From NCBI GenBank assembly GCA_013695475.1, contig JACDAJ010000204.1:1-63354 (forward strand): a stretch of DNA of 63,354 nucleotides, read 5' to 3'. Shown here piece after piece: positions 34,664-45,243 of the stretch. Within the stretch, counting starts at the first letter, position 1. Every line of letters starts with the position of its first letter. A program made the position numbers and the translations under genes. The DNA is from Rubrobacter sp. (GTDB lineage Bacteria > Actinomycetota > Rubrobacteria > Rubrobacterales > Rubrobacteraceae). The notes beneath the pieces were generated by a model. The model was not told where the DNA came from. It did no database searches and was given only the letters and a program-made list of their open reading frames with translations.

Positions 34664-34960
34664 TTATGCCCGTCGCCCCACGACGACGCGGTATGCGAAG
34701 AGGAGGAGCATCGCGCCGACAATGGCCGTCACCATGCTCCCGAGGTCGAACTGCGTGTATTGCGGGGTTCCGGTGAGTTGCTCGTAAAGGAAGCCTCCGA
34801 CGAAGGCTCCGGCGACGCCGAGGAGTATCGTCACGATGCACCCGCCGGGGTCGCGGCCCGGCATGAGTAGTTTGGCTATGACCCCCGCTATGAGGCCGAA
34901 CAGGATCCAGGCCGCGATTCCCACGTTTTTCTCCTTTTCGTCTATTTCCATATCCGGCAA
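34664..34960 (-). CDS. GlsB/YeaQ/YmgE-family stress-response membrane protein
   Basis: ...GIAAWILFGLIAGVIAKLLMPGRDPGGCIVTILLGVAGAFVGGFL... Confidence 0.8.
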   Translation of the reverse strand: MPDMEIDEKEKNVGIAAWILFGLIAGVIAKLLMPGRDPGGCIVTILLGVAGAFVGGFLYEQLTGTPQYTQFDLGSMVTAIVGAMLLLFAYRVVVGRRA

Positions 34961-35058
34961 AGGTTACGCGGAAAGCCGCCGCCTCGTTTCGGTTCTCCGA
35001 GAAAATCCTGTTAAACGGACGATTTAGTGAACGATTTTGGGATGGCTTCCGTAATGTT

Positions 35059-35283
35059 ATGGCCGCGCCCGCTATGGCCCACTCGTCGGCGACCGGCGGG
35101 GATGTCCAGTTCCAGAACCAAAACAGCCCGCAGACGATCACCCAGACCGCGAACGCGACCCAGTCGAACACGGGCGGCGGAACCGGAGCGGCGGTCGCGC
35201 AGGATCTCTCGATCTCCCAAAGCGCGTCGAACGTTAGCCTCCAGGCCGGAGACGATATCTTTATTTGGTGGTTCTGGTGGTAA
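35059..35283 (+). CDS. Small Q/N/S/T/A-rich ORF ending in IFIWWFWW (possible remnant or small secreted/amyloid-like peptide)
   Basis: MAAPAMAHSSATGGDVQFQNQNSPQTITQTANATQSNTGGGTGAAVAQDLSISQSASNVSLQAGDDIFIWWFWW. Followed by its own terminator. No clear RBS or complete signal peptide. Confidence 0.35.
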   Translation: MAAPAMAHSSATGGDVQFQNQNSPQTITQTANATQSNTGGGTGAAVAQDLSISQSASNVSLQAGDDIFIWWFWW

Positions 35284-35324
35284 ACGAACTCGGATAGCGA
35301 ATCCATCGCTGTCGAATATCCGGA

Positions 35325-35358
35325 TCGGCCCTCCGCTTCGAGAGGGTCGATCTTTTTT
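35325..35358 (+). terminator. Intrinsic terminator
   Basis: TCGGCCCTC-cgcttcga-GAGGGTCGA followed by TCTTTTTT. Confidence 0.7.
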
Positions 35359-35571
35359 GTCGGGCGGCATTGTCCGGGTCGTCGAAGCGAGCGGATGGGA
35401 GGAATGCCGGGCAGATTGGCGATTGGATCGCGGAGGCTCGATGCGCGATCGTCCGGATTATGCGTGCGCCGATGATGGAACCACCCTCGCCGCCAGGCGG
35501 GCGAAGTTTTTTCGGGATGGCCCGGAGCCGCGAACCCGGACTTTTCGGGGATCGAACCTTTCGTCTTCGAG

Positions 35572-36423
35572 CTAACGTACCCGCTTCGCCTCGAATTTCT
35601 CCGGCGGCTCGATGATGCTCTCTTGCGCGGCGACGAGCCGTATCTCCCGCGACCCCGTCCGGTGCGTCTCATCGAGGACGGCGTATATCGCCGAAGCTGT
35701 CATCGAAAGCGTCTCGGAGAGGTTGCCGCTCCGCATGAGATGCGCGAGGAAAAGCGCCGCCGTCGCATCCCCCGCCCCATTCACTTCGAGCGGGAGCGAA
35801 GGCGTCTCCACCAGCCACGCCGCCTCCCCCGAAACCGCGAGCATCTCGATGGTGTTTTTCTCCGCGTCCTTCCGCCTCAAACTCGTCGTGAGGACGACCG
35901 CCGGCCCGAGCCGCCTCGCTTTGTCCGACGCCTCGAGCGCGTCGTCGAGAGTCGAAACCTCCACCCCGGTCAAAAACTCGAGCTCGAACTGGTTCGGCGT
36001 TATATAGTCAGCCGCCGGAACCGCCACATCCCGCATGAAATCCGGTATCCCCGGCCTCACGAAAAACCCCCGCCCGACATCCCCCATTACCGGATCACAG
36101 CAATAAACAGCCTCCGGGTTGAGCTCCTTCACCCGTCCCACCGCCCCCACGACGACCTCCCCGAGCGAAACATCCCCCATGTACCCGGAGAGAACCGCGT
36201 CGCACGTCGGCAAAACGCCCCGGTCCTCGATCCCACGTATCACCCCCGAAATATCCTCCGCCGGAATCACCGGCCCCCGCCACTCCCCATACCCCGTATG
36301 GTTCGAGAAATGAACCGTGTTCACCGGCCATACCTCGAACCCCATCCGCTGCAAAGGAAAAACCGCCGCGCTATTCCCCACATGCCCATATGCCACCGAC
36401 GACTGTATCGAAAGTATGTTCAC
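35572..36423 (-). CDS. pdxY: Pyridoxal kinase
   Basis: GTG at 36423 ([28 protein letters not shown]...). ...GYMG...[10 protein letters not shown]...[12 protein letters not shown]... The remaining 347 upstream codons of ORF 35572..37464 are antisense to the TetR and SMR genes. Confidence 0.88.
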   Translation of the reverse strand: MNILSIQSSVAYGHVGNSAAVFPLQRMGFEVWPVNTVHFSNHTGYGEWRGPVIPAEDISGVIRGIEDRGVLPTCDAVLSGYMGDVSLGEVVVGAVGRVKELNPEAVYCCDPVMGDVGRGFFVRPGIPDFMRDVAVPAADYITPNQFELEFLTGVEVSTLDDALEASDKARRLGPAVVLTTSLRRKDAEKNTIEMLAVSGEAAWLVETPSLPLEVNGAGDATAALFLAHLMRSGNLSETLSMTASAIYAVLDETHRTGSREIRLVAAQESIIEPPEKFEAKRVR

Positions 36424-36510
36424 CGAAAAGCTCCTCGCTCGCCAAATCGTGGCGCGAATGGTAGCAAGTCCGGCCCCTTCGCGGGTCGCCTCGCTTGACT
36501 TCCATAGCTT

Positions 36511-36540
36511 TTCAATTAACATACAAACAGTATGTATATT
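36511..36540 (+). promoter_or_regulatory. Candidate tetR promoter (TTCAAT-18-TATATT) with embedded inverted repeat ACATAC-aaaca-GTATGT
   Basis: Read directly in the pdxY/tetR divergent region. The palindrome at 36519-36535 lies between the -35 and -10. Confidence 0.4.
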
Positions 36541-36552
36541 AATGGAGGCGAG

Positions 36553-37161
36553 ATGGCGGAGCGGCGGACTCAGGAAGAGAGGAAAGAGGCGACACGGGCG
36601 GCTTTGCTCGGCGCCGGGAGAATGTTGTTCACGGAGAGGGGGTATCACGGGGCTTCGCAGGAGGAGATCGTGGCTCGGGCGGGGATGACTCGGGGGGCTT
36701 TGTACCACAACTTCGAGGATGGGAAGCGGGGTTTGTTTCGGGAGGTTGTCGAGGAGATAGAGGCGGAGATCGACGTCGTCGTGGAGGTCGCGGCCCGCGA
36801 GGAGTTTGAGCGGAGCGGGGGGATGGTCGAGGCGTGGATGGCTGGGAACCTCGCGTATCTCGAAGCGTGCGCGAGGGAGGACGTGCGGAGGATCCTCTTC
36901 GGGGACGCCTCGTCCGCCCTCGAGTGGGAGGAGTGGCGGGAAATTGACGGCTCCCACGGACTCCCGCAAATACGGCAAGGTTTGGAAGCCCTCATCGAAC
37001 TCGGCCTCCTCGGCGAGCAGCCCGTCGAGCCGCTCGCAAGGTTGTGGTACGGAGCGAGCGTCGAGGCTGGGATGTACGTCGCCGAGGCGGAGGACGCCGG
37101 GAAGGCGGTGCGCGAGATGCAAGCCGCGCTCCGGAGGCTCTTCGACGGCATGATCCGATGA
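36553..37161 (+). CDS. TetR/AcrR-family transcriptional regulator
   Basis: The ATG at 36553 is 5 nt after GGAGG. ...[40 protein letters not shown]... Confidence 0.88.
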   Translation: MAERRTQEERKEATRAALLGAGRMLFTERGYHGASQEEIVARAGMTRGALYHNFEDGKRGLFREVVEEIEAEIDVVVEVAAREEFERSGGMVEAWMAGNLAYLEACAREDVRRILFGDASSALEWEEWREIDGSHGLPQIRQGLEALIELGLLGEQPVEPLARLWYGASVEAGMYVAEAEDAGKAVREMQAALRRLFDGMIR

Positions 37162-37342
37162 TACGGGAGCCGGGAGGCCGCCGGAAACGATGCCCCATTG
37201 AAAAGCGTCGCGCGTCTCCGCGAGAGTTCGCGCCGCCCGCACGGAACTCTTCGCCCGGATCCCACACGCCCCCCATATGCGGCCCGCCGAAATACGGGCG
37301 AAAGTTCCAGCCGGACAAACTTCAAACCGTGGAGGAAAGAAA

Positions 37343-37663
37343 ATGACGTGGATAATCCTCATAATCGCCGGACTCTTCGAAGTCGGAATGGTGATGGGAC
37401 TCAACTTTTCTGAAGGTTTCACGCGGCTTTGGCCGAGCCTCATAATGCTCGTCTCCGGCGGCATAAGTTTTTATTTGCTCTCCGTCGCCATGCAAAACCT
37501 GCCCGTCGGGACGGCGTACGCGGTGTGGACGAGCATCGGAGCCGTCGGGGCGGTCACGCTCGGCATTCTGTTTTTGGACGAGCCAGCGAACGTGCTTCGC
37601 ATCGTCGGGATCCTCACCGTCCTCGGCGGGGTCGTCCTTCTCCGAGTCGCCGAGGGCGGATAG
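37343..37663 (+). CDS. sugE: SMR-family (SugE/EmrE-like) small multidrug/quaternary-cation efflux protein
   Basis: The ATG at 37343 follows [25 protein letters not shown]...[16 protein letters not shown]... (106 aa, 4 TM). Confidence 0.85.
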   Translation: MTWIILIIAGLFEVGMVMGLNFSEGFTRLWPSLIMLVSGGISFYLLSVAMQNLPVGTAYAVWTSIGAVGAVTLGILFLDEPANVLRIVGILTVLGGVVLLRVAEGG

Positions 37664-37725
37664 TGGAGATTTCGTAATTTCTGTGGTCGTCGGAGACGAT
37701 TTCGGCGGCAGATTCGTTTCGTGGA

Positions 37726-38985
37726 GTGTGGAGCATGTTCGCAAAAATCTGGAAATCCAAAATAGCGGCTCCGCTCCGGGGGCGGGCGTTTCGGAGGGTG
37801 TTCGCCGGGGAGGGGCTCGCCGTCCTCGCCGACCAAATGTTCTTCATCGCGCTCACGCTTCTGGTTTTGGATGTGGCGGGGCCGGGGTTGCAGCTCGGCT
37901 CGGTTCTCGCGGTCGCCTCGGTTCCCGGCGCGGCGTTCATGCTCGTCGGCGGCTGGCTCTCCGACCGCGTCTCCCCGGTGTCCATCCTCGTTTTCGCGAA
38001 CGCTGGACGGGCGATCCTCACCGGCATCCTCGCCGCCCTCGTCCTCGCCGACTCGATACAGCTTTGGCACCTTTATTTTCTCGCCGGATTCCTCGGACTC
38101 CTCGATGCTTTCCACTATCCGGCCTCCCTCTCGGTCGTCCCGAAGGTCGTGAGGAAGGAGTCGCTCGCCCCGGCGAACGCCCTCGTCCAGGGGGCGGAGC
38201 AGTTCGGGGGACTCGTCGGGCCCGCCCTCGCCGCCGCCGCCGTCGCCTTCGTGGGACTCGGCGCGACCTTCGGGGTTTTCACTCTCATGTTCCTCGTGAC
38301 CGCACTCATCGTGGCGAGCGCCGTCCGGCCGTCGGCCGAGTTCATGGAAAATGCGGAGGAAGCCGCCGAAGTCGGAGTGGGTTCCTCCGCATCGTCCGGC
38401 GGGATCGTCGAAGGACTCAAATACGTTTGGCGCGACCCGGTGATACGGATGATGGTGCTTCTTTTCACCGCGTTCAGTTTCGCGGCGATCGGGCCGATCA
38501 TAGTCGGAGGAGCCGCCCTCGCCGAAGCCCGTCTCGGCGGAGCGGGTTCCCTCGGAATCCTTTTCTCGGCCTTCGGAGGAGGCTCGCTCGCCGGACTCGC
38601 CCTCTCGTCTTTCGGAACTCCGAGGCCGGGGCGGCGGGGTTTCACGGCGCTCGGCGCGTCGGCGGCGTTCGGCATTCTCCTCGGCTCGCTCGGGTTTTCG
38701 ACGGGGCTTGTCTCGGCGGCAATTTCCGCGGCCGGGGCCGGGGCCGCCGCCGGGTATCTCGGGGTCGTCATGGTTACGTGGCTGCAAGAAAGAACCGATT
38801 CCGCCTTCACCGGGCGCGTGATGAGCCTCGTCATGTTCGCCGCCGTCGCCCTCGACCCCGCCTCATACGCCTTCGCCGGATTCCTGTCCGCCCTCGGACT
38901 CAAAACCCTCTTTCTCGCCGCCGGGGCGGTCATGCTCCTCGCCGTACTCGTCGGCGCTTCGAGCCGGGAGCTTCGGAGGTTTTGA
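37726..38985 (+). CDS. MFS transporter (EntS/MFS_3-like)
   Basis: ...FRRVFAGEGLAVLADQMFFIALTLLVL...GGWLSDRVSP..., about 12 TM. Confidence 0.85.
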   Translation: MWSMFAKIWKSKIAAPLRGRAFRRVFAGEGLAVLADQMFFIALTLLVLDVAGPGLQLGSVLAVASVPGAAFMLVGGWLSDRVSPVSILVFANAGRAILTGILAALVLADSIQLWHLYFLAGFLGLLDAFHYPASLSVVPKVVRKESLAPANALVQGAEQFGGLVGPALAAAAVAFVGLGATFGVFTLMFLVTALIVASAVRPSAEFMENAEEAAEVGVGSSASSGGIVEGLKYVWRDPVIRMMVLLFTAFSFAAIGPIIVGGAALAEARLGGAGSLGILFSAFGGGSLAGLALSSFGTPRPGRRGFTALGASAAFGILLGSLGFSTGLVSAAISAAGAGAAAGYLGVVMVTWLQERTDSAFTGRVMSLVMFAAVALDPASYAFAGFLSALGLKTLFLAAGAVMLLAVLVGASSRELRRF

Positions 38986-39010
38986 TGGATAAATTATCGA
39001 AAGGAGAGTC

Positions 39011-39556
39011 GTGATCCTCGCTGTCATCATCGCCTGCGAAATAAGTTTCTGGCTATTCCTCGGAGCGGGTCTCGCGAGTCGTTATTTGCTGAATTTGCGT
39101 ACGCTCGGAGCCGCGCTCCTCATATGCGTTCCGCTCGTGGATCTCATCCTCCTCGCCGCGACGATCATAGATTTGCGAGGCGGAGCCGAGGCGAGCTTCG
39201 CGCACGGCCTCGCCGCCGTGTACCTCGGATTCTCCGTTGCGTTCGGACACGGCATCATACGGTGGGCCGACGCGCGTTTCGCCCACCGTTTCGCCGGAGG
39301 CCCGCCCCCCGAACCAAAACCGAAGCACGGAAAAGAAAAGATCGCGCACGAATGGCGGGAGTTCGGCAAAGGCTCCGTCGCATGGGCCATAAGCTGTGCG
39401 CTTCTCGCCGGGGCCATAGTTTTCGTGAACGACCCGGCGAGCACGGAAGCGTTCGTTTCGTGGATCGGGCGTCTCACCCTCGTCCTCGGCGTGTGGTTCG
39501 TTTTTTGGCCGCTCGGATACACTGTCTTCCCGCCGAAGCCGAAAGCCGAAGCGTGA
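39011..39556 (+). CDS. Hypothetical membrane protein
   Basis: 181 aa, GTG start, 4-5 hydrophobic segments. Confidence 0.55.
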   Translation: MILAVIIACEISFWLFLGAGLASRYLLNLRTLGAALLICVPLVDLILLAATIIDLRGGAEASFAHGLAAVYLGFSVAFGHGIIRWADARFAHRFAGGPPPEPKPKHGKEKIAHEWREFGKGSVAWAISCALLAGAIVFVNDPASTEAFVSWIGRLTLVLGVWFVFWPLGYTVFPPKPKAEA

Positions 39557-39639
39557 TGAGGTTAATCTTCCCCGCATAGCGGGCAAACACGGGTGCGGAA
39601 GTCGAATCGGAAAGATCGAATAATTAAGGAGTTTCCGAC

Positions 39640-40404
39640 ATGGCCGAAAGACTCGATGGAACCGTCGCGCTCATCACGGGCGCGTCGAGCGGTATCGGAC
39701 AGGCGGCGGCGAAGTCGCTCGCCGAAAACGGCGCGACGGTCGCGGTGGTTGCGAGACGGAGGGAACGCCTCGACGACCTCGTGAAAGAGATCGAAAGTTC
39801 GGGCGGAAAGGCTCTCGCTGTCGAGGCCGACGTCACCGAACAAAGTCAGGCGATTGACGCCGTGGAGAAGACCGTCTCCGAGCTTGGTCGCCTCGACACG
39901 GTTTTCAACAACGCCGGAGTCATGCTCAACGGCCCCATCGTGGACGCGCCGACCGAGGAGTGGGGCCGGATGGTGGATCTCAACGTGAAGGGGCTTTTGT
40001 ACGTCGCCCACGCCGCTTTGCCCCACCTTCTCTCCGCCGCCGAGAACGGCCCCCGGAACGTCGCCGACCTCATAAACACGTCGTCGGTGGCGGGTCGCCG
40101 GGCGAGGAGCGGGGCCGGGGTATACAACCTCACGAAGTTCGGGGTCGGGGCTTTCAGCGAGTCGCTCCGGCAGGAAGTCACCGAGCGGCACGTCCGCGTC
40201 TCGCTCGTCGAGCCGGGGGCGGTGGACACGGAATTGGCGAGCCATCTCCGCGATGAAATACGCGAGCAGTCCATGAAGCGCTTCGAGGGGAAGGACATTC
40301 TCCAGGCGGAGGACATCGCCGACGCCGTCTCGTACATCGTCACCCGCCCGAGGCACGTGGCGATAAACGAGATCCTCATCCGACCGACCGAACAGGAGGG
40401 ATGA
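39640..40404 (+). CDS. Short-chain dehydrogenase/reductase
   Basis: TGASSGIG, NNAG and a YNLTK catalytic motif. Confidence 0.9.
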   Translation: MAERLDGTVALITGASSGIGQAAAKSLAENGATVAVVARRRERLDDLVKEIESSGGKALAVEADVTEQSQAIDAVEKTVSELGRLDTVFNNAGVMLNGPIVDAPTEEWGRMVDLNVKGLLYVAHAALPHLLSAAENGPRNVADLINTSSVAGRRARSGAGVYNLTKFGVGAFSESLRQEVTERHVRVSLVEPGAVDTELASHLRDEIREQSMKRFEGKDILQAEDIADAVSYIVTRPRHVAINEILIRPTEQEG

Positions 40405-40407
40405 AAG

Positions 40408-41226
40408 TTGAAATTCGGAATCTCCACGTTCGTCACCAACGACGGCATCGCCCCGGCCCCGCTCGCCCGCGCCGTCGAGGATCGGGGGTTCGACTCGATC
40501 TTCCTCGCAGAGCATACGCACATACCGACGAGTCGGAAGACACCGTATCCGGGTGGCGGGGATTTGCCGCGGAAATATTACCGGACGCTTGATCCGTTCA
40601 TCACGCTCACCGCGATGGCGATGGTCACGGAGAAATTATTGCTTGGGACGGGGATCGCGCTCATGATCCAACGCGACCCCATCGTCACCGCGAAGGAGAT
40701 CGCAAGCCTCGACCTCGTCTCCGGCGGACGCTTTCTCTTCGGCGTCGGAGTTGGATGGAACCGCGAGGAAATATCTAACCACGGAGCCGACCCGAGGAAG
40801 CGCGGACGCCTCATGGACGAGCGCATCCGGGCGATGCGCGAGATATGGACGAAGGACGAGGCCGAGTTCCACGGCGAGTTCGTTGACTTCGATCCGGTCT
40901 TCGCGTGGCCGAAGCCCGTCCAAAAACCGCACCCGCCCATATACGTCGGAGGAGGTTCTCCGGCCTTCGACCGAACCGCCGAATACGGCGACGTGTGGCT
41001 CGCCAACGGACTCCCGCCCGAAAAGCTCGAACCGTTAATTCCCGAGATGCGCGAGAAGGCCGGAAGGGACGTTCCCGTCGCCGTATTCGGGGCCGCGCCG
41101 GAGAACATCGAAGGATATGAGAAACTCGGTGTCGAGCGGGTTCTTCTCAGCCTCGAAACGATGTCCGAGTCCGAGACGATAAAGAAGCTCGACGAGCTTG
41201 CCGGGGCGGTCGAAGCGGCGGGGTGA
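40408..41226 (+). CDS. LLM-class (luciferase-like) F420-dependent oxidoreductase
   Basis: TTG start. MKFGISTFVTNDGIAPAPLARAVEDRGFDSIFLAEHTHIP...GVGVGWNREE... Confidence 0.85.
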   Translation: MKFGISTFVTNDGIAPAPLARAVEDRGFDSIFLAEHTHIPTSRKTPYPGGGDLPRKYYRTLDPFITLTAMAMVTEKLLLGTGIALMIQRDPIVTAKEIASLDLVSGGRFLFGVGVGWNREEISNHGADPRKRGRLMDERIRAMREIWTKDEAEFHGEFVDFDPVFAWPKPVQKPHPPIYVGGGSPAFDRTAEYGDVWLANGLPPEKLEPLIPEMREKAGRDVPVAVFGAAPENIEGYEKLGVERVLLSLETMSESETIKKLDELAGAVEAAG

Positions 41227-41330
41227 GAACGTGTCCCGGCCGGGGTCGTCCGGTTGGCGGCTTCGCGGCGCCTCGTCCACGGTAATGTGATCTCGGTCAT
41301 ATATAATCGGGATAAACCACGGGCGACGAA

Positions 41331-44165
41331 ATGGGGCTTGAAACCATGCCGGAAAACAATGCTTTCGATGCGAAACAGAAACTCTCCTCGGGCGGCGAAG
41401 AGTACACGTATTCGAGTTTGAAGAAACTCGATGAGCAAATTGACGCGGACGTGTTCTCGCTCCCGTTCTCCATACGAATCATCCTTGAGTCCCTCCTCCG
41501 AAACTGCGGCGGCAAGTTCGTGGACGAGAAAGCCGTCGAGTCCCTCGCCTCGTGGCCGGAGAACATCGGCGAGGAGCTTGCTTATCTTCCGGCCCGCGTC
41601 ATCATGCAGGATTTCACGGGGGTTCCGGCCATCGTGGATCTCGCGGCGATGCGGAGCGCGATGCAGTCCGTCGGCGGAGACCCCTCGAAAATAAACCCGC
41701 TCGTCCCGACCGATCTCGTCATTGACCACTCCGTCCAAGTTGATGCCTTCGGAAACGGAATGGCCCTCCAATTCAACGCTGAGCGCGAGTTTGAGCGGAA
41801 CCATGAGCGATATGAATTCCTGAAATGGGGGCAGCAAGCCTTCGACGATTTCACCGTCGTGCCGCCCGCGACGGGCATTGTCCATCAAGTGAATTTGGAA
41901 TATTTGGCGAAGGGCGTTTGGATCAAAGACGGTGTCGTCATGCCGGACACGCTGGTTGGTACGGACTCTCACACGACCATGATCAACGGCCTCGGCGTCC
42001 TCGGATGGGGCGTCGGCGGCATCGAAGCCGAAGCCGTCACCCTCGGACAGCCGTACTATATGCTCCAGCCCGACGTTATCGGATTCAAACTCACGGGCGC
42101 ATTGGAAGAGGGTGTCACCGCCACCGACCTCGTCCTCACCGTCACGCAAATGCTCCGCTCGAAAGGCGTCGTCGGGAAGTTCGTCGAATTTTACGGGGAT
42201 GGATTGAGCAAACTCTCTCTTCCCGACCGGGCGACCATCGGGAACATGTCGCCGGAGTTCGGCTCGACGTGCGCGTTCTTCCCATACGACTTCGAGACGA
42301 TCCGGTACATGCGCGGAACCGGACGCGACGAGGAATTGTGCGAGCTTGTCGAGGCGTACGCCAAAGAACAAGGACTCTGGCGTACGGACGACACGCCCGA
42401 CCCGAACTTCACGGAGACATTGGATCTCGACCTCTCGACGGTCGAGGCGTCTCTCGCGGGGCCTCGCCGACCACAGGATCGCATCTCCATCGGCGACATG
42501 AAGCCGTCGTTCCGAAAGGCTCTCTCCGAAATAACTGGCGTTGACTACGATGCCGACAGCAAACTCAACGGCCACTCCCGCGCCGACACCGAGTCAATGG
42601 AGGCGTCGGACACCCCGGCGGACTCCTCAGCCGCGTCCGGCGAAGGCGAACCCGACCCGACCGCCGGAGCCGCCTCCGACTCCCCCGAATCCGACACGGG
42701 CGACACCATCACAATCACCCTCGACGGCGAGGAAGCATATTTGAAGCATGGCTCCGCAGTCATCGCGGCGATCACGTCATGCACGAACACGTCGAATCCG
42801 TCCGTCATGCTCGCCGCCGGACTCCTCGCTAAAAAAGCCGTCGAAAAGGGACTCGACGTGCATCCGCACGTGAAGACGAGCCTCGCCCCCGGCTCGAAGG
42901 TGGTGACGGAATATTTGACGACTTCGGGCCTCCTTCCGTACCTCGAGAAACTCCATTTCGATGTCGTCGGATACGGATGCACGACGTGCATCGGAAACTC
43001 CGGCCCGCTGCCGGAGGAAGTCTCCGAGGCCGTCGCCGAAAACGACCTCGTCGTGGCCGCCGTGCTTTCGGGGAACCGGAACTTCGAGGGTCGCATAAAC
43101 CCGGACGTGAAGGCGAACTATCTCGCCTCGCCGCCGCTCGTCGTGGCGTACGCGCTCGCCGGGACGGTGGACATTGACCTCTCGAACGACTCGCTCGGCG
43201 ACGACACGGACGGAAACCCGGTTTATTTGAAAGATATATGGCCGACGCAAAAAGAGGTGTCCGACGAGCTCGGGACTGCCCTCGACCCGGCGGTGTACCG
43301 CGAACAATACGGCGACGTGTACACCGGAAACGAGCAATGGAACAACGTGGACGTTCCCGAGGGCGACCTTTATGAATGGGACGAGGATTCCACGTACATC
43401 CAGGAACCCGCCTTCTTCAAAGACCTCTCCCCCGAGCCGGAGCCATTGACCGACATAGAAAACGCCCGTGTCCTCGCCAAGCTCGGCGACTCCATAACCA
43501 CCGACCACATCTCGCCCGCCGGAGCCATCCCGTCCAAAATGCCCGCCGGGCAATATTTGCTGGAGAAAGGTGTGGATTCCCGGGATTTCAACTCCTTCGG
43601 GAGCCGCCGCGGAAACCACGAAGTCATGGTTCGGGGAACCTTCGGAAACATCCGGCTCAAAAACCAGCTCGTGGACAAAGAGGGCGGATACACTCGCCAC
43701 TTCGACGAGGGAGACACGGAAGGTTCCGAGACGACGATATACGAAGCGGCGATACAATATCAGGATGACGGCGTGCCGCTCGTCGTCCTCGGAGGGAAGG
43801 AATATGGTTCCGGGTCGTCGCGTGACTGGGCGGCGAAAGGGTCGTTCCTTCTCGGGGTGAAGGCCGTCATCGCCGAGAGCTTCGAGAGGATACACCGCTC
43901 GAACCTCATCGGAATGGGGGTGCTTCCCGTTCAATACGCCGATGGCCAAAACGCCGAATCGCTCGGTCTCGACGGATCGGAGACGTTCACTATTCGTGGT
44001 CTCGACGACATCACGGCTGGCGAGGAACTCACCGTCGAGGTGAATGGCGGTGAGAAGGATTTCAAGGTGAAAGCGCGTGTGGATTCACCGGTCGAGGTCG
44101 AGTATTTGCACAACGGCGGGATTTTGCAGACTGTGCTTCGCCAGCTTCTCAAGGAAGACGATTAG
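41331..44165 (+). CDS. acnA: Aconitate hydratase A
   Basis: 944 aa. ...VIDHSVQVD...[24 protein letters not shown]...[10 protein letters not shown]...[11 protein letters not shown]...[10 protein letters not shown]... Carries an acidic insertion around residues 405-470. Confidence 0.95.
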   Translation: MGLETMPENNAFDAKQKLSSGGEEYTYSSLKKLDEQIDADVFSLPFSIRIILESLLRNCGGKFVDEKAVESLASWPENIGEELAYLPARVIMQDFTGVPAIVDLAAMRSAMQSVGGDPSKINPLVPTDLVIDHSVQVDAFGNGMALQFNAEREFERNHERYEFLKWGQQAFDDFTVVPPATGIVHQVNLEYLAKGVWIKDGVVMPDTLVGTDSHTTMINGLGVLGWGVGGIEAEAVTLGQPYYMLQPDVIGFKLTGALEEGVTATDLVLTVTQMLRSKGVVGKFVEFYGDGLSKLSLPDRATIGNMSPEFGSTCAFFPYDFETIRYMRGTGRDEELCELVEAYAKEQGLWRTDDTPDPNFTETLDLDLSTVEASLAGPRRPQDRISIGDMKPSFRKALSEITGVDYDADSKLNGHSRADTESMEASDTPADSSAASGEGEPDPTAGAASDSPESDTGDTITITLDGEEAYLKHGSAVIAAITSCTNTSNPSVMLAAGLLAKKAVEKGLDVHPHVKTSLAPGSKVVTEYLTTSGLLPYLEKLHFDVVGYGCTTCIGNSGPLPEEVSEAVAENDLVVAAVLSGNRNFEGRINPDVKANYLASPPLVVAYALAGTVDIDLSNDSLGDDTDGNPVYLKDIWPTQKEVSDELGTALDPAVYREQYGDVYTGNEQWNNVDVPEGDLYEWDEDSTYIQEPAFFKDLSPEPEPLTDIENARVLAKLGDSITTDHISPAGAIPSKMPAGQYLLEKGVDSRDFNSFGSRRGNHEVMVRGTFGNIRLKNQLVDKEGGYTRHFDEGDTEGSETTIYEAAIQYQDDGVPLVVLGGKEYGSGSSRDWAAKGSFLLGVKAVIAESFERIHRSNLIGMGVLPVQYADGQNAESLGLDGSETFTIRGLDDITAGEELTVEVNGGEKDFKVKARVDSPVEVEYLHNGGILQTVLRQLLKEDD

Positions 44166-44171
44166 CCAGAG

Positions 44172-44651
44172 TTGCACGAGGATGTGAAGAGGGCGATCAG
44201 CCTGCGCGAGAGTGGAGACCCCGAAAGCGCGAGGTCTCTGCTCTCCGTCTTTCTGCGAAAGAACCCTGGCGATGCGGAAGCCCATTACCAGATGGCGTGG
44301 AGCCTCGACGTGAGGGGCATGGAGCGCGAGACTATTCCGCATCATCGTCTCGCCCTCGAAGGCCAGCTTTCCGATGAAGATCGATCCGGGGCATTGCTTT
44401 CGCTTGGGAGCAGTCTCCGGGCCATCGGGGAGTATGGGGAGGCCGTTTCGATTCTCCGACAGGGAGCTTCAGAGTTTCCGGGAGATCGGGCGATACAGAC
44501 TTTCCTCGCGATGGCGCTTTATAACGTTGGCGAGAATGAAGAAGCTGTTGGACTGTTGCTGAAACACCTCGCCGAGACCACCTCCGACCCGGAGATAAAG
44601 TCATACGAAAAGGCCATTCTCTTTTATTCGGAAAGACTGGATGGGGTATGA
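44172..44651 (+). CDS. Tetratricopeptide-repeat protein
   Basis: TTG start just after the acnA stop. ...GDAEAHYQMAWSLDVRG...LGSSLRAIGEYGEAVSIL... Lower GC than its neighbours. Confidence 0.65.
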   Translation: MHEDVKRAISLRESGDPESARSLLSVFLRKNPGDAEAHYQMAWSLDVRGMERETIPHHRLALEGQLSDEDRSGALLSLGSSLRAIGEYGEAVSILRQGASEFPGDRAIQTFLAMALYNVGENEEAVGLLLKHLAETTSDPEIKSYEKAILFYSERLDGV

Positions 44652-44920
44652 ACTGGCTGGAGTTCGATTGGGACGAGGGCAATGAGGACAAGGTTCTCAG
44701 GCGAGTCTCGGAGAAGGAGCTTCGGGAGACGTTCACCGATCCGGATCAAATAGACCGCGAAGCATATATTGTGGAGGGGGAGAGGCGGTGGACGTTTTTC
44801 GCCAAAACGTGGGAAGGCCGGATAATGTTCGTGGTTTATACGATGCGGGAAGATAAGGTGCGTGTGATCTCCGCTCGGGAGGCCGAAGATGATGAAAAGC
44901 GAATCTATCAGAGGGGTTAG
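44648..44920 (+). CDS. brnT: BrnT-family (DUF497) ribonuclease toxin
   Basis: MNWLEFDWDEGNEDKVLRRV...RIMFVVYTMREDKVRVISAREA... Confidence 0.85.
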   Translation: MNWLEFDWDEGNEDKVLRRVSEKELRETFTDPDQIDREAYIVEGERRWTFFAKTWEGRIMFVVYTMREDKVRVISAREAEDDEKRIYQRG

Positions 44921-44932
44921 AATGAAGGCATC

Positions 44933-45241
44933 ATGAAAAAAATAAAGAATTGGAACGAAATACCGGAGTTCGAGACCGAGAACGAAGAACGCGAATTCTG
45001 GGAGACGCACTCCATAAGCCCGGATCTCGCCGACGACTTCGACCGTCCGGCGCAAGGGCCGATGGCTCGCAAAATGCGTGAGGCGAGGGCGATGGTGCCG
45101 AACCTCGACGAAGACACATTCCGGCGGCTCATCGAACTCAGCGTGGTCGAGAGCGTGGATCCGAGAGATTTAATCACCCGCTTCATCGCCGATGGACTCC
45201 GCGAGGAAGAGAAGCGCGCCGGCCTCACCAACCACCGATAA
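44933..45241 (+). CDS. brnA: BrnA-type antitoxin (CopG/RHH C-terminus)
   Basis: ...IPEFETENEEREFWETHS...NLDEDTFRRLIELSVVESVDPRDLITRFI... Confidence 0.8.
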   Translation: MKKIKNWNEIPEFETENEEREFWETHSISPDLADDFDRPAQGPMARKMREARAMVPNLDEDTFRRLIELSVVESVDPRDLITRFIADGLREEEKRAGLTNHR

Positions 45242-45243
45242 CC

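Noticed and set aside
36424-37464. The N-terminal 347 codons of ORF 35572-37464, which would make a 630-aa pyridoxal-kinase fusion.
   Set aside because: The kinase homology begins at VNILSIQSS (GTG 36423). The upstream part is antisense to well-supported TetR and SMR genes that have their own RBSs.
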